A stretch of DNA of 64,000 bases from Candidatus Gottesmanbacteria bacterium (GCA_016186795.1 JACPKY010000002.1:797892-861891); one strand, 5' to 3'; positions 29,059 to 39,025 are shown, numbered from the stretch's first letter. Made by a program: numbers and translations. Notes: generated by a model not told the origin, from the letters alone.

Positions 29059-29862
29059 TTATTCACCTCCTTTTTTTGCTTTAATGATAATTGAGTGAGC
29101 TTTATACTGGTTGGCTACTTCTTTTGTATTTTGGGAAGGGCTAAAATCAAAATAGTTTACTCGCTCAATAACTTCGATATCTTCAAACCCCGACTGTTTT
29201 ATCATTTCTATGTACCATACCTCTTGAGTTGCTCCAACAATACATTCTGCCCAAAGTTGAGGATCTTGCCGGGACTTTTCTGAAATTGCCTTGCCTAATA
29301 CTATATCGGCAAAATTAAATATGCCATTCGGTTTTAAGACCCTAAAAATCTCTCCAAAGACCTTTTTTTTATCAGGGATTAAGTTTATAACACCATTGGA
29401 AATGACGACATCAAAGGTTTGGGTTTTAAAAGGTAGATTTTCTGCATCTGCTTTTATAATAGTAATATTTGCAAGTCCATTCGTTTTCACTCCCTTTTTT
29501 GCCTTTGCAATCATGGCATCGGTTATATCAATACCACTCACTTTGCCTTTTTTGCCTGTAAGTATTCCTGCAATAAGTAGATCTGTTCCTGATCCAGAGC
29601 CAATATCCAAAACTGTATCCCCTGGCCCAATTGGGTTGGTTTTGAAGTGATATGCAACTCCGGCAAATGACTCAAGGCAGTAGGGAGGAATTTTATTTAA
29701 AACATCTTTGGGGTAGCCTAAGACCTCCGCAGCAGTTTTGCCTACCGGGAAGTGAAAGGGGAGATGGGGATGTGTTGAAACTTCCTCATACATCTGACAG
29801 ACTGCTTGACGGATCTTTTGTCTTAGCTTTTTTTTGTCTTTCATTTGCGCAATCATTACCAT
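29059..29862 (-). CDS. SAM-dependent methyltransferase, ArsM-like
   Basis: VLDIGSGSGTD motif I; C-terminal LWAECIVGA...GFEDIEV resembles arsenite methyltransferases. Confidence 0.55.
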   Translation of the reverse strand: MVMIAQMKDKKKLRQKIRQAVCQMYEEVSTHPHLPFHFPVGKTAAEVLGYPKDVLNKIPPYCLESFAGVAYHFKTNPIGPGDTVLDIGSGSGTDLLIAGILTGKKGKVSGIDITDAMIAKAKKGVKTNGLANITIIKADAENLPFKTQTFDVVISNGVINLIPDKKKVFGEIFRVLKPNGIFNFADIVLGKAISEKSRQDPQLWAECIVGATQEVWYIEMIKQSGFEDIEVIERVNYFDFSPSQNTKEVANQYKAHSIIIKAKKGGE

Positions 29863-29905
29863 AGGTTTTAAATATGCAGACGAAATTTGTTATAAAAAAG
29901 TTCCA

Positions 29906-30169
29906 TTAAAAGCTTTTGAGAAGACTATCAATTCTTTTCACCAGTCTTTTTGGTGTCTTTTCTTGACCACTTGCCTTCTGAAGCTTCTTTTTTAATAGCT
30001 CTTCAAACTCAAATCTATTACAGCAGTCACGGCATGTGGAAATGTGACCATCGAGTTCTTCTTTCTTTGTACGTGTAAGTTCTCCTTCAAGAAGTTCAAA
30101 GATTCTCTTTACTGCTTCATAACATGATATAGTCTTCATATGTACCGCCTCTCTTTGCCATATTCCCAA
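29906..30169 (-). CDS. Anti-sigma factor, ZAS (zinc) type
   Basis: H-x3-C-x2-C in HISTCRDCC. It overlaps the 3' end of the ECF sigma gene. The likely start is at 30139. Confidence 0.6.
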   Translation of the reverse strand: MGIWQREAVHMKTISCYEAVKRIFELLEGELTRTKKEELDGHISTCRDCCNRFEFEELLKKKLQKASGQEKTPKRLVKRIDSLLKSF

Positions 30170-30705
30170 AGTATCTTTTGCAAAATTGCTTTGCCCCGAT
30201 GCAATCTTGATCTGACTGTCCCTACAGGAAGCTTTAATATTTTGGCAGCCTCCTTATAGGGAATATCCTCAAGACAACATAGGGTTACAACTTCCCCGTA
30301 AGCTTCGGGAAGACTATCTACGGCTTTTTTTAAATCGATTGAAAAAATTTTGTTGAGAAATTCTTTCTCAGGATTGGTATTATAGAGAACGAATGGAGAT
30401 GATAACTGCTCAAAGAGGGAAAAATCTTCATTTTCTTTCAGAAATTCACTTTCATATATAGGCTCAGGCGTAGTTTTTGCTTTGCGATAATGACTTATAT
30501 ACGTATTGGTGAGGATTCTTAATATCCAGGATTTAAAACTTTTGTGATCCCGAAGATTCCCGAAACTTTTCCATGCCTTCAGACAGCTTTCAGCTACGAG
30601 ATCCTCTGCTTTTGACTTCTCGTTTGTCCGTCTTAGTGCTACTCTGTACATGACATCCATACAGTTTCTTAAAAGAATGCTAAATTCTTCCTTCTTTTTT
30701 TCCAT
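30136..30705 (-). CDS. ECF-subfamily RNA polymerase sigma factor (SigR/SigH-like)
   Basis: Region 2 (ILRILTNTYISHYRK) and region 4 HTH (GTVRSRLHRGKAIL). Confidence 0.85.
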   Translation of the reverse strand: MEKKKEEFSILLRNCMDVMYRVALRRTNEKSKAEDLVAESCLKAWKSFGNLRDHKSFKSWILRILTNTYISHYRKAKTTPEPIYESEFLKENEDFSLFEQLSSPFVLYNTNPEKEFLNKIFSIDLKKAVDSLPEAYGEVVTLCCLEDIPYKEAAKILKLPVGTVRSRLHRGKAILQKILWEYGKERRYI

Positions 30706-30813
30706 AATAAGATTGGCTCATTATACATAAAGACGCAAAAGTATAGAAAAAGTTTCATCGACAGACTCCTCAGGAATTTCAGGAGAATATCAGCTTTAGT
30801 GGAATAGATTTTT

Positions 30814-31044
30814 TCAATTTTTCCGTTCACTAATTCTTGGTGGGGAAACGGTAACGAGTGAATCAAGAAGTTTTTGAGAATCGATGGTTACCTTCTTTAC
30901 CGCTTGATTAAATGCTTTCTCATTTACTTTTGAAGGTTTTCTAAAGCCGGAAATTTTTCTTACAAATTGGAGCGAAGCTTCGCGAATCTCCTCTTTGGTT
31001 GCCGGTGGGTCGAAGTTAAACAACGTTTTGATATTTCTACACAT
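30814..31044 (-). CDS. DUF2277-like small protein
   Basis: Starts at an internal Met: MCRNIKTLFNFDPPATKEEIREASLQFVRKISGF.... Confidence 0.45.
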   Translation of the reverse strand: MCRNIKTLFNFDPPATKEEIREASLQFVRKISGFRKPSKVNEKAFNQAVKKVTIDSQKLLDSLVTVSPPRISERKN

Positions 31045-31160
31045 TCTTTGATATATTCGTTTTACTTCTCTATTTCTTTTTGCATACTTTGAGGAATTGG
31101 GCGACAGCCGCAGTTTTTGGCATGAGCTATGTGCCAGGCAATTCTTTGTTGCAGTGTTGG

Positions 31161-31176
31161 TCCGCCAGCTGGCGGA
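31161..31176. promoter_or_regulatory. 16-bp GC-rich perfect palindrome TCCGCCAGCTGGCGGA in an AT-rich intergenic leader
   Basis: Read directly. About 115 nt upstream of the DUF2277-like gene; no T run follows. Confidence 0.3.
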
Positions 31177-31341
31177 TTGGGCATCACATTCATCTTGTGC
31201 CACTCTGCATTTATCTTCATATGGAGATTATATCAAAAAAATAAACTCTTCTATACTATCTATGATGCTATCATCTCTTACTTCCTCCAAACTAAATCTT
31301 AACCAGCTCGCCTACAAAAACTCTAATTTAATCTTTTATAG

Positions 31342-31965
31342 TCATTTTTTAGCCTTTGTGTTCTTGGTGTCATCTTTTACAGTTTGAACGAACGTTTGTA
31401 AAACTGATTCGTATTGTGATTGAATAGAGTTCAGTAAAAATTTTATTGTAATCATTAATAGTAATATAAAAATAAGTGATTCGATTGGTCCATGTTCATA
31501 TAACAAAATAAAAATTATCACAAATAATCCTAATGATATATTGGCCCAAAAAGCAGCTCTTTCAGAATAATGATTGATTACGTGACATGAACTACTATTT
31601 CTTAAATAATTATCCATTGCGTAAAAGACATCTTTGGTGAAATCATCTTTTAAATCAATTCCATTTATTGATAGTTTTTTTACAGCTTCTTTGTAAATGG
31701 CGGAATTTTGTTTATGTGTCTGTATATTTTTAAATATATATTCGTTTATTACTCCGCCTTTCAATAATTTCATTACCCCTTGCCCAAAAAATCCTATGAA
31801 GAGACCAAGAATGATAACCCAAAATATTTGTTGACCATCATCTCCTGGAAGGCTTTGTAAGTTGAACCAATTCATCTTTAAGCTGTCTAACATTAACAGA
31901 AAGATTACTCCAGGAATAACGTTGTAGAAAAAAGCAGTTAAACCCCCTAAAGAATTCATGGGCAA
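31342..31965 (-). CDS. Membrane protein, hypothetical
   Basis: Multi-TM ORF. The track start is a TTG; the likely ATG is at 31959. Confidence 0.4.
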   Translation of the reverse strand: MPMNSLGGLTAFFYNVIPGVIFLLMLDSLKMNWFNLQSLPGDDGQQIFWVIILGLFIGFFGQGVMKLLKGGVINEYIFKNIQTHKQNSAIYKEAVKKLSINGIDLKDDFTKDVFYAMDNYLRNSSSCHVINHYSERAAFWANISLGLFVIIFILLYEHGPIESLIFILLLMITIKFLLNSIQSQYESVLQTFVQTVKDDTKNTKAKK

Positions 31966-31969
31966 ATTT

Positions 31970-32001
31970 TACGCCTTTTGGGGGATTTTAGCTAGAATTA
32001 G
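31970..32001. repeat. 32-nt intergenic repeat, copy 1 (TACGCCTTTTGGGGGATTTTAGCTAGAATTAG)
   Basis: A near-identical copy (30 of 32) lies at 33591-33622. Both lie directly upstream of minus-strand membrane protein genes. Confidence 0.6.
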
Positions 32002-32798
32002 CCTTTTATTGGATCGAGAGTTAAACAACCAGAGATACTTGTTTCATCGTAAAGTGATTGATCTCCTGTGTAATCCTCCCAGGATTTAAACAGGGAACCA
32101 ATTTTTCCCAGCGTATCCGTTTTGATACTTTCATCTAGATAGGCAAAAGGACAAACATGCTGAGGTTGCTGGCCACCTTTTAAAATACCTATTTCTACTA
32201 CACCAAATCCAGGAGGTGCGTTATTACCAAAATTACCAACCTCTGCAATAACTTGTCCTGCAGTCACCTGGTCACCTACTTTCACTTTCGGATTTCTCAC
32301 GTGTTCTGTTTCATAGACCCACTTTTGCAACTTTCCATCGGTGGTAACTTGAATGGAAACATCTCCACTCCAAAGTGTGGGTATCGCGGCGACTACTCCA
32401 TCAACTAGAGATCTGACTGGAGTACCTAAGGGAACTATAAAAGTGGGTTGGGGGGTGGATTTTGCTTGATTGTTACTAGATACGTTTGCTGGTATCACAA
32501 AACCAAACCCCATAAATAAACGATTAAATTCTAATTTTTGTTTGGTAAAGATAAAATCCCCGGCTTTATTTGTTGTGGGGTCATAGTAATCCAAGTTTAC
32601 CCCAATACTTTTTAGTTTCAGTGGGGGTTCATCTGGATTGGGAGGAGACTCTGGATTATTGAAAGCAGTTTGAAGATTTTGACTTTGAGGAGATTGTTTT
32701 AAAAATAAGAATCCTGCTCCTGCTACTAAGGAGATTAGGATAATTACCAAAACTATACTAAATCCCTGCCTGCCGGCAGGCATGGCTTTTTGGTTCAT
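31998..32798 (-). CDS. Membrane-anchored protein with a degenerate M23/LytM-like domain
   Basis: Start chosen at MNQKAMPAGR (an ATGA overlap with the upstream gene). Has PLGTPVRSLVDGVV and HVRNPKVKVGDQVTAGQVIAEVG, but no HxH. Confidence 0.35.
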   Translation of the reverse strand: MNQKAMPAGRQGFSIVLVIILISLVAGAGFLFLKQSPQSQNLQTAFNNPESPPNPDEPPLKLKSIGVNLDYYDPTTNKAGDFIFTKQKLEFNRLFMGFGFVIPANVSSNNQAKSTPQPTFIVPLGTPVRSLVDGVVAAIPTLWSGDVSIQVTTDGKLQKWVYETEHVRNPKVKVGDQVTAGQVIAEVGNFGNNAPPGFGVVEIGILKGGQQPQHVCPFAYLDESIKTDTLGKIGSLFKSWEDYTGDQSLYDETSISGCLTLDPIKG

Positions 32799-33502
32799 GG
32801 ATATTCTAGCACTCCCGGGCAATTTTTTTCTACCCATTTCTGTTCTTCGGCAGCTACCGGAAAAGTCTTTCCATTCCAATAGACGGTGGTAGGTTTGTCT
32901 TTTTTTGTGATCAAGCGCTCTGGGCAAGTGTTTGGTGGTAGCACCCGTACTGAATTTGAAGAGTCTTTATTTTTATGTAAACCACGGTAGGAGTTGTGCA
33001 AAACATAAATTTGGAAAGCAAAATACCCAAAAACTAGAATGTTTATTAAAAGTGTAATCAAAATGGCATTTCTGATACCTTTCCCTCCCCATATTTTATC
33101 TACCCATCTAAAAATAAAATATGGGACTAATGTAAGAAGAACCCAGAAAGTTGATGTAAAAACTATTGCATTAATAAGTGTCGGCCGTTGGTCTAGCGGG
33201 GTTAATGTTTGTTGCTCCAATACCCAAAGAGCGGCTCCAATAGTCCAGGCAACAGGCCAAAAAAATACTCTAAACAGTACCCAAATTACTGTGCCAATTA
33301 TTAGATAGGCGAAGGGTCTATGGAGGAGTCCATCACTTAAACTCAAATCTAGTATATGAAGTTTGTCAGGACCTTCCCCGCCTAATCCTGGCCCAAATAA
33401 ATAAGTCGGCAAGGCTGGAAACTGTTCTCCCAAAAGAAAGAACATAAGGACAAAAAATATAATAAAACTAGCTGGTAATTTGTAATTACTTTTCCAAGTC
33501 AT
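32795..33502 (-). CDS. Polytopic membrane protein, hypothetical
   Basis: 235-aa multi-TM ORF. Confidence 0.4.
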   Translation of the reverse strand: MTWKSNYKLPASFIIFFVLMFFLLGEQFPALPTYLFGPGLGGEGPDKLHILDLSLSDGLLHRPFAYLIIGTVIWVLFRVFFWPVAWTIGAALWVLEQQTLTPLDQRPTLINAIVFTSTFWVLLTLVPYFIFRWVDKIWGGKGIRNAILITLLINILVFGYFAFQIYVLHNSYRGLHKNKDSSNSVRVLPPNTCPERLITKKDKPTTVYWNGKTFPVAAEEQKWVEKNCPGVLEYP

Positions 33503-33590
33503 TGAACTTTTCCTTTATAATCTCCACTGCAAATGTCTAATAATATTGCCAGACCAATAATTTTAACTATTTTAGACATCAATTCTACTG

Positions 33591-33622
33591 TACGCCTTTT
33601 GGGGGATTTTGGCTAGATTTGG
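33591..33622. repeat. 32-nt intergenic repeat, copy 2
   Basis: TACGCCTTTTGGGGGATTTTGGCTAGATTTGG. Confidence 0.6.
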
Positions 33623-33651
33623 GTGAGAAATGCAACTGTAAAATAATTGAA

Positions 33652-34287
33652 TTACTTTATAAATTCATCAATTGGACTGGGGATGATATAGAGGATGGGA
33701 ATAAGAACGTATATGAGTAAGCTGATAAAAGGATTAAAGAAAGATACAACAATAGCGATGAAATAACTCATGGAAGCAAGAAGAATAATATTTAACGCCT
33801 TTTTGATCATATGATCATCAAGACTATCATCGATAAAATTCCTTTTCCGTGCAGCGTACCACCAGATGGTGGCAAATAATATTCCTACGATAAGGAGTGT
33901 GAGTCCATAAATTAAAATTGCTGGTTGTGCATATCCATATTCACCAAGTAACGCTGCGGGGAAAGGGATAAAAGATATCACCATAAGAAGAAAAATATTG
34001 AGCCAAATCAAATTCCTATCTATTTTCTTAATATATTGAAACAAGAGGTGGTGTCCAAACCAAAAGATGCCTATTATCGTGAAACTAATTCCAAAACTTA
34101 ATACTTTCGGAAAAAGAGCAATTAAGCGGTTGGTCAACTCTTCGTTTAGATGTGGACCTGGCATAACTTCAGGCACTGCTATACCAAGTACGAGCAGTGT
34201 AATTGCTATAGCAAATACACCATCAGAGAAGGCATTAAGTCTTTCTATAGATAAGCTTTTTAAAATATTTATTTTTTTGCTGGCCAT
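33652..34287 (-). CDS. DUF1211/TMEM175-like membrane protein (putative K+ channel family)
   Basis: Signature RLNAFSDGVFAIAITLLVLGI, followed by further TM helices. Confidence 0.65.
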   Translation of the reverse strand: MASKKINILKSLSIERLNAFSDGVFAIAITLLVLGIAVPEVMPGPHLNEELTNRLIALFPKVLSFGISFTIIGIFWFGHHLLFQYIKKIDRNLIWLNIFLLMVISFIPFPAALLGEYGYAQPAILIYGLTLLIVGILFATIWWYAARKRNFIDDSLDDHMIKKALNIILLASMSYFIAIVVSFFNPFISLLIYVLIPILYIIPSPIDEFIK

Positions 34288-34288
34288 A

Positions 34289-34951
34289 TTAGCTCGCTTT
34301 ATATTGCAGGTGAAAAACAGGATTTATCTCGGTGATATTGCCATCTTTGTCTAATCGAATTCCAAAGAATGTTTCATCTATTAGTTCTACCCCTTTTTCT
34401 TTTATTAAATCCTCAATGATACGAAAAACTTGGGCGCCTTCATTATTTTCATCTACGACTCCATTTTTTATTAGGTTTGAAATAGTCAGTGGCGTGTTAT
34501 TTTGATATAAAACAGTAGCCTGGTCTAAGCGTGTTTTTTCTTTCAAGTAGACATCGAACCGTTTTTTTGTAGCTTCAGAAAGCTTTAAGTCTATAGCTGC
34601 TCCTTTAGTGTGATAACTGATACTTGCAGCAAGATAACCTAACTTTTCCTTAAGAAGAATTTGAAGTTTTAAAAAGCGGGTTGCGGAGGAAATTTCAAGA
34701 ACATCTTTATAATCTTTAAGTTTTGGATCAAGATCGGTACTAATAAAGTTTGCAAGCTCGCTTGTAACATAGGATTTTTCAGATATTTTTATATTTTGAG
34801 TTTTTACCTCAACAAGCGTTCCTTTTTGAATAGCGCTGTTTATATCATCTTGTGTTTTAAAATGATTTGATATATCGGTATCTGGAGGAAGTTCTGCAGA
34901 GGGTTGTACCTTCTGGAGAGTAGTAACGACAATCTGCTTTTGTTTTTTCAA
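34289..34951 (-). CDS. Hypothetical protein
   Basis: 220-aa ORF. Its first 95 nt overlap the next ORF in a different frame. Confidence 0.35.
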   Translation of the reverse strand: MKKQKQIVVTTLQKVQPSAELPPDTDISNHFKTQDDINSAIQKGTLVEVKTQNIKISEKSYVTSELANFISTDLDPKLKDYKDVLEISSATRFLKLQILLKEKLGYLAASISYHTKGAAIDLKLSEATKKRFDVYLKEKTRLDQATVLYQNNTPLTISNLIKNGVVDENNEGAQVFRIIEDLIKEKGVELIDETFFGIRLDKDGNITEINPVFHLQYKAS

Positions 34952-35387
34952 GTTCTTCAGGTGTATTTGCCTGGACTAAAAGGACTTCATTCCAAATAAG
35001 ATTTAATTCTTCTTTATCAAAATTTGTAGTCAGGTAATGGACTCTCCATGGTTTCCCCCACGCGCCTAAAAATGCTTGGTACAATTCTACTTTGTCGGTT
35101 GGAACTGATAATGGCGCGACACCTTGATCTTGAAAATATTTTAAAACGCGCTGTGCAAGAGCTGGAAGTTTCTCGCCCCACTTCTCGCGAGGGATTTCCA
35201 GTGTATTTTGGGGGAGATCATCGGGTGTCTTGGTGGGAAAGAGAACATCCGCAAGTGGCGTGATTACCTGGGTTGGCTCTCCTTTAGTAGGTAGTGTGAT
35301 TTTCTTTTGCAGCATTTTTGAGGACAAAAAGAAGAGAAGTAACCCTCCGACAACTATTATAAGAAGGCCAAGCAATGCTGTTCTCAT
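34857..35387 (-). CDS. Membrane-anchored hypothetical protein
   Basis: N-terminal TM helix; 176 aa. Confidence 0.35.
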   Translation of the reverse strand: MRTALLGLLIIVVGGLLLFFLSSKMLQKKITLPTKGEPTQVITPLADVLFPTKTPDDLPQNTLEIPREKWGEKLPALAQRVLKYFQDQGVAPLSVPTDKVELYQAFLGAWGKPWRVHYLTTNFDKEELNLIWNEVLLVQANTPEELEKTKADCRYYSPEGTTLCRTSSRYRYIKSF

Positions 35388-35519
35388 AAAATGGATGCCT
35401 ATTGTAGCACCTTATACTCCCTTTTTATGTGTATTTCAAGGCTTTGGAAAAAAGGCATGTGTTAATGCTTCATTTAGTTTCTGGTTGGCAACGGTGTAAT
35501 TTTTGTTAAAATCAGCTAT

Positions 35520-36431
35520 ATGAATGACAAGAAGTATATTGCTCAACTTATCCAGAAACGAAATCAATATCGGAGAAAGAAACTATTTGATGAAGCGGAT
35601 CAAATACGTAGTCTTTTAAAAGAAAAAGGCGTACTTCTCGAAGATACTACTCAAGGAACGCTATTGAAGCAATTGGAGAAGAAAAAGCATGTAACCAAAA
35701 AAAATGCTTTTCTTCTGTTGTTTGGTTCAGGAGAGATCTCTTCCGTTGGAAGATCTATTCATGAATTCATATTTAAACAGATAGGACACAATATAAATGT
35801 CGCCATAATTTCTACACCCGCTGGTTTTCAACCGAACGTTAAAGTCGTACATGAAGAAATTGCTGAGTTTTTCAGAAATAAATTAAGAAATTATGTTTCG
35901 AACGTACACATCATATATGCAAATACTCATAAAGATGCTGATAATCCCCAGTTAATAAAATTTATTGATGAAGCGGATTACATATTTCTTGGTCCAGGTA
36001 GCCCCTCATATGCGGTGACTATCTTAAAAGATACGTTACTTTTTAAGAAATTATTACGTCTTGCACAAAAGAAAAAAGTGACTATCGGTTTATCATCTGC
36101 GGGAGTTGTAGCTTTTTCCAGTTTATGTCTCCCTGTATATGAAATCTACAAAGTGGGAAACCCTTTACATTGGTTACCAGGCTTGAATTTTTTCTCTACC
36201 CTATATAAAGAATTAACAGTAATTCCTCACTACAATAATAAAGAGGGAGGACCTAAATTAGATACATCCTTTTGTTATATTGGGGAGGTGCGATTTAATA
36301 CAATGTTAAAACTTATAAAGAACAAACATATCGTGTGGGGAATCGATGAAAACACATGCATCATAGTTGACTTGAAAAATAAATCTTTGACTATTAAAGG
36401 GAAAGGAAACAAGCATTCTATTGATTATTAA
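35520..36431 (+). CDS. Peptidase S51-like (cyanophycinase/dipeptidase E fold) protein with an N-terminal CysRS-C-terminal-like helical extension
   Basis: N-terminal ADQIRSLLKEKGVLLEDTTQGT resembles the CysRS C-terminal motif. GPGSPSY and GLSSAGVVAFS resemble the S51 nucleophile region. Confidence 0.4.
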   Translation: MNDKKYIAQLIQKRNQYRRKKLFDEADQIRSLLKEKGVLLEDTTQGTLLKQLEKKKHVTKKNAFLLLFGSGEISSVGRSIHEFIFKQIGHNINVAIISTPAGFQPNVKVVHEEIAEFFRNKLRNYVSNVHIIYANTHKDADNPQLIKFIDEADYIFLGPGSPSYAVTILKDTLLFKKLLRLAQKKKVTIGLSSAGVVAFSSLCLPVYEIYKVGNPLHWLPGLNFFSTLYKELTVIPHYNNKEGGPKLDTSFCYIGEVRFNTMLKLIKNKHIVWGIDENTCIIVDLKNKSLTIKGKGNKHSIDY

Positions 36432-36516
36432 ATTTTGAAAATAGGTCTTTGGGATGGAAAAATTTAACGAGAGAATGGACATAAAGTACGAGATACTACT
36501 ATAATATTGATAAACA

Positions 36517-36957
36517 TTGGTGGAGAGGAAGACTATGAAAAAATTGATTGATATCGAGGCGGAAAAGGCGAAGGTTAAATCGGTAATTGATCAGTTTCAG
36601 CAAATCTGGGAAACGAAAGATATGGAATTACTCTCAAAAATCATAGCCCATGATGCTGAGATGGTCAACTTTGGCACAGACGCTTTCGAACATTTCGTCG
36701 GCTGGGAGGCATTAAAAAAGGCCGTAGAGAAAATGCTACCGTCTTTTGAAAACATCAAAATCGCAGTAAGAAATCAAGTTGTCAAAGTCCATCCCTCCCG
36801 TAATGTCGCTTGGTTTTCACAAGTATGGGATTGGGGTCTGATGGTAGAAGGTAAACCAGTCCATAGTGAAGGCCAGAGGTTTACTGGGGTTTTGGAGAAA
36901 CGAAATGGCAAGTGGGTATTTGTACAATTCCACAATTCTGTTCCTGTATCAGGATAG
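36517..36957 (+). CDS. NTF2/SnoaL-like (DUF4440-like) protein
   Basis: Roughly 140-aa alpha+beta cone pattern. The likely start is at 36535. Confidence 0.5.
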   Translation: MVERKTMKKLIDIEAEKAKVKSVIDQFQQIWETKDMELLSKIIAHDAEMVNFGTDAFEHFVGWEALKKAVEKMLPSFENIKIAVRNQVVKVHPSRNVAWFSQVWDWGLMVEGKPVHSEGQRFTGVLEKRNGKWVFVQFHNSVPVSG

Positions 36958-36974
36958 CCCATTGTGAGGAGCTT

Positions 36975-37301
36975 CTATTCAAATCTAGTAATCTCGACGC
37001 AATCAACCGTTATCTTATCGTACGGGTGAATTTTTTTAATCGCTGCAACGACATCTTCTATTTTTTCCTTTGGGCATTCCATTTCAATTTTCACTTCATC
37101 AACTTTACTTAATTCTCCTACCGTTCCAATTGTGGGTTTTGCACCAGGTAACGGATACCACGTGCCATATCCTTCTGTAATAAATGCGCAATGAGTATAG
37201 TTACCTACAATTCCTGCTCCTTCCCTGGCTGCTGCATCAATAATTGATTGAATAATTTTTTCATCCCTCGGAGCATAGATAAAAAACTTAAACATTTTCA
37301 A
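36975..37301 (-). CDS. PII-like small protein (NIF3 insert-domain-like, COG3323-like)
   Basis: AGIVGNYTHCAFITEGYGTWYPLPGAKPTIGTVGE pattern. Confidence 0.4.
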   Translation of the reverse strand: MKMFKFFIYAPRDEKIIQSIIDAAAREGAGIVGNYTHCAFITEGYGTWYPLPGAKPTIGTVGELSKVDEVKIEMECPKEKIEDVVAAIKKIHPYDKITVDCVEITRFE

Positions 37302-38302
37302 TACTCCTTTCCTGCAAATATTTTTTCTTTTAAAAACGTATATTTCTCTAAAAGTTTTGCATCTTTCAATGCTTTTTCCCTAAACTCGTTTGCTAAAACA
37401 ACATAATATGTAAAATGTTCAGCAAAATTTTCTGCTTTATTTGCCGTAGCGTACAGAGATATATACCCTTGCGAGAGTGTTGCTGGCGGATATTGAATCC
37501 CCTGCATATCAAATATGCGATGATACTCTGATGCATACTGTTTAAACTGCGGATAGTTCTGATCGTAAATACCTTCTATACCATGATAGCCTACGATGTG
37601 ACCAAATTCATGAATTGTGTTGTGTATCCCCAGTGGATGTGTAAGAATAATACCCTCATTTAAACCCTTGAGTGTATCCAGGTAATCTCCGTTAAGAATA
37701 GTATACGGTCGTTCATTCAGAGTACTTATATACATCGTTTTTCCTTGCATCACAGTAAGTACTGAGTCGGGAATACGTTCCAAAGCATCAAAAACATTGA
37801 TAACGTATTCAATTTTTTCTAAATCAATATGATCTGTAGCAGGATCGTACTTGTTGTAATACAAAGAGTTGATATCTTTTGTAACGCCTTGCAATGTAAT
37901 ACCATGCATCTGTGCCCAAGCGCGAAAAGTTTCGAGCTGTTTTTCTGTTGCAAAGACATTTAAAAGAGGGGGTGTAACTGACTCACTATACAATTGCACT
38001 GGGCTAATAAATGAAGTAGTTATTTGAGATGAGGACGGTGGCGGAGGTGAAGGTGGAAGAGGTGAAGTTTGGGGAGAAAATGGAAGATACGAATAAGACG
38101 GAACAACTGAAATATACTGTATTGTATATACAGTAGGTTTTCTCGTATTATTTGATACGTATTGCATTCCTGCAAATGCTAGGGAAATTCCCAGAAGGAA
38201 AATCGCCAGTATTAAAATAAATAGACGAGGATGCTGAATTTTTGCCTCTTGCGGTGCGTTTTCTGATACTTGCGGCAAAGGATTTTGCTGGTTATCGACC
38301 AC
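37298..38302 (-). CDS. Membrane-anchored putative zinc metallopeptidase (HEXXH)
   Basis: TM anchor, Pro-rich linker, and HEFGHIVGYHG. Confidence 0.5.
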   Translation of the reverse strand: MVDNQQNPLPQVSENAPQEAKIQHPRLFILILAIFLLGISLAFAGMQYVSNNTRKPTVYTIQYISVVPSYSYLPFSPQTSPLPPSPPPPSSSQITTSFISPVQLYSESVTPPLLNVFATEKQLETFRAWAQMHGITLQGVTKDINSLYYNKYDPATDHIDLEKIEYVINVFDALERIPDSVLTVMQGKTMYISTLNERPYTILNGDYLDTLKGLNEGIILTHPLGIHNTIHEFGHIVGYHGIEGIYDQNYPQFKQYASEYHRIFDMQGIQYPPATLSQGYISLYATANKAENFAEHFTYYVVLANEFREKALKDAKLLEKYTFLKEKIFAGKEY

Positions 38303-38397
38303 ACCATTTAGTATTTCATGAAACTCAAAACAACGTCAAATTTTTATTGGGAAAAAAAGGATCGATATAACGGTCCATTCTTTGTTTTGCAATAAAA

Positions 38398-38919
38398 CTA
38401 TTTGTCTAATTGATTTATTTGTTCCTGAATTTGATTTTCACTTTGATCCCCGTACGTAATTAAGGCTTTATCTGTTTCTTCTATTTCTCTCGTTAATAAA
38501 TCATCAGTTTTGATTCCATTTAAGTAAAAACGTAATGTGCCTTTTTGTCCAGAACAAAAAGTTTCTTCAGTACCTGTGGTTAAGCAATCCTTAGTTAATT
38601 TAAATGGAAGAGTTTTGAAAAAGTCATCCCAAGTTATCCCTTCTTTTTTGACACGAACTACATTGGGACTGTCACCTTGAATATACACATCTTCTGAAAG
38701 ATTCAGATACATTGAGGCAGTGAACACTCTAAAAGTGCCATTGGTGTAAATTGCAAATTTAGCAGTTTTATTAACAACGAAAGAAGTGCTTTGGGTAGGT
38801 TGCACCTCGAGCGTAGTTGTTTGCTCTGTTATTCTTGGAGTTAGGGTAGAAAAGCCATACCAGCCTATTATTGCTATAGCTCCCAAAGCAACAAGTAAGA
38901 ATAAGAAGGACTTACTCAT
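38398..38919 (-). CDS. Exported hypothetical protein
   Basis: Signal/TM N-terminus; 173 aa. Confidence 0.4.
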   Translation of the reverse strand: MSKSFLFLLVALGAIAIIGWYGFSTLTPRITEQTTTLEVQPTQSTSFVVNKTAKFAIYTNGTFRVFTASMYLNLSEDVYIQGDSPNVVRVKKEGITWDDFFKTLPFKLTKDCLTTGTEETFCSGQKGTLRFYLNGIKTDDLLTREIEETDKALITYGDQSENQIQEQINQLDK

Positions 38920-39025
38920 ACATTAAGTATATCAGGGGTTCTAATCAGTCTCTGAGTCTAAAGAAGTTTGGATTGTTGCTGCAATAACCTGCTCAGGACC
39001 GATAAATGATATTAGAACGTATTAC

